Positions 63,952-64,000 of a stretch of 64,000 bases of DNA are shown here, piece after piece; positions within the stretch are counted from its first letter, which is position 1; the number at the start of each line of letters is the position of its first letter. This DNA is from Chrysemys picta bellii (Eukaryota). Made by a program: the position numbers and the translations under genes. Location: assembly GCF_011386835.1 (NCBI RefSeq), contig NC_088798.1:99448001-99512000 (forward strand). Reading direction: 5' to 3'. The notes beneath the pieces were generated by a model. It was not told the origin of the DNA. It was given only the letters and a program-made list of their open reading frames with translations, and ran no database searches.

Positions 63952-64000
63952 CTGCCACTGCCAATTGAAGGAAATGCAATTGACTTCAGCTTCTTTTCAT
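63952..64000 (-). CDS. MACROH2A1: Core histone macro-H2A.1, 3' part of the penultimate exon (continues beyond the window)
   Basis: (G)AT GAA AAG AAG CTG AAG TCA ATT GCA TTT CCT TCA ATT GGC AGT GGC AG|GTAAG = (D)EKKLKSIAFPSIGSG(R), the macrodomain SIAFPSIGSG motif. Too short for the ORF track. Confidence 0.97.

Overview
Vertebrate genomic DNA, very probably a turtle, judging from the CR1 tails, Harbinger/hAT MITEs and solo LTRs typical of Testudines. The only host protein-coding sequence is the 3' end of MACROH2A1 (H2AFY) on the minus strand: part of the penultimate exon (63952-64000), a 6,056-bp phase-2 GT-AG intron, the last coding exon (57730-57895) and the 3' UTR. The other ~57 kb is intergenic and rich in transposable elements: CR1, L2 and RTE LINE fragments, five solo LTRs, a decayed hAT transposase, many hAT, Tigger and PIF/Harbinger MITEs with readable TSDs, SINEs, a tiny Penelope-like remnant, microsatellites and a 140-N gap. 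Nearly all ORFs in the supplied track are spurious or TE-derived. I found no evidence of a new protein-coding system. The most unusual observations are (i) an 80-bp templated insertion in a CR1 reverse-transcriptase gene that matches DNA 2 kb away, with microhomology at both junctions; (ii) repeat-poor, motif-dense blocks that are candidate PITX1 long-range enhancers or a CTCF anchor, if the conserved PITX1-MACROH2A1 synteny holds; (iii) all five solo LTRs in one orientation, hinting at a plus-strand transcript; and (iv) a young inverted MITE pair bracketing the last MACROH2A1 exon. No database searches were run; repeat-family names come from recalled motifs and TIR/TSD structure.
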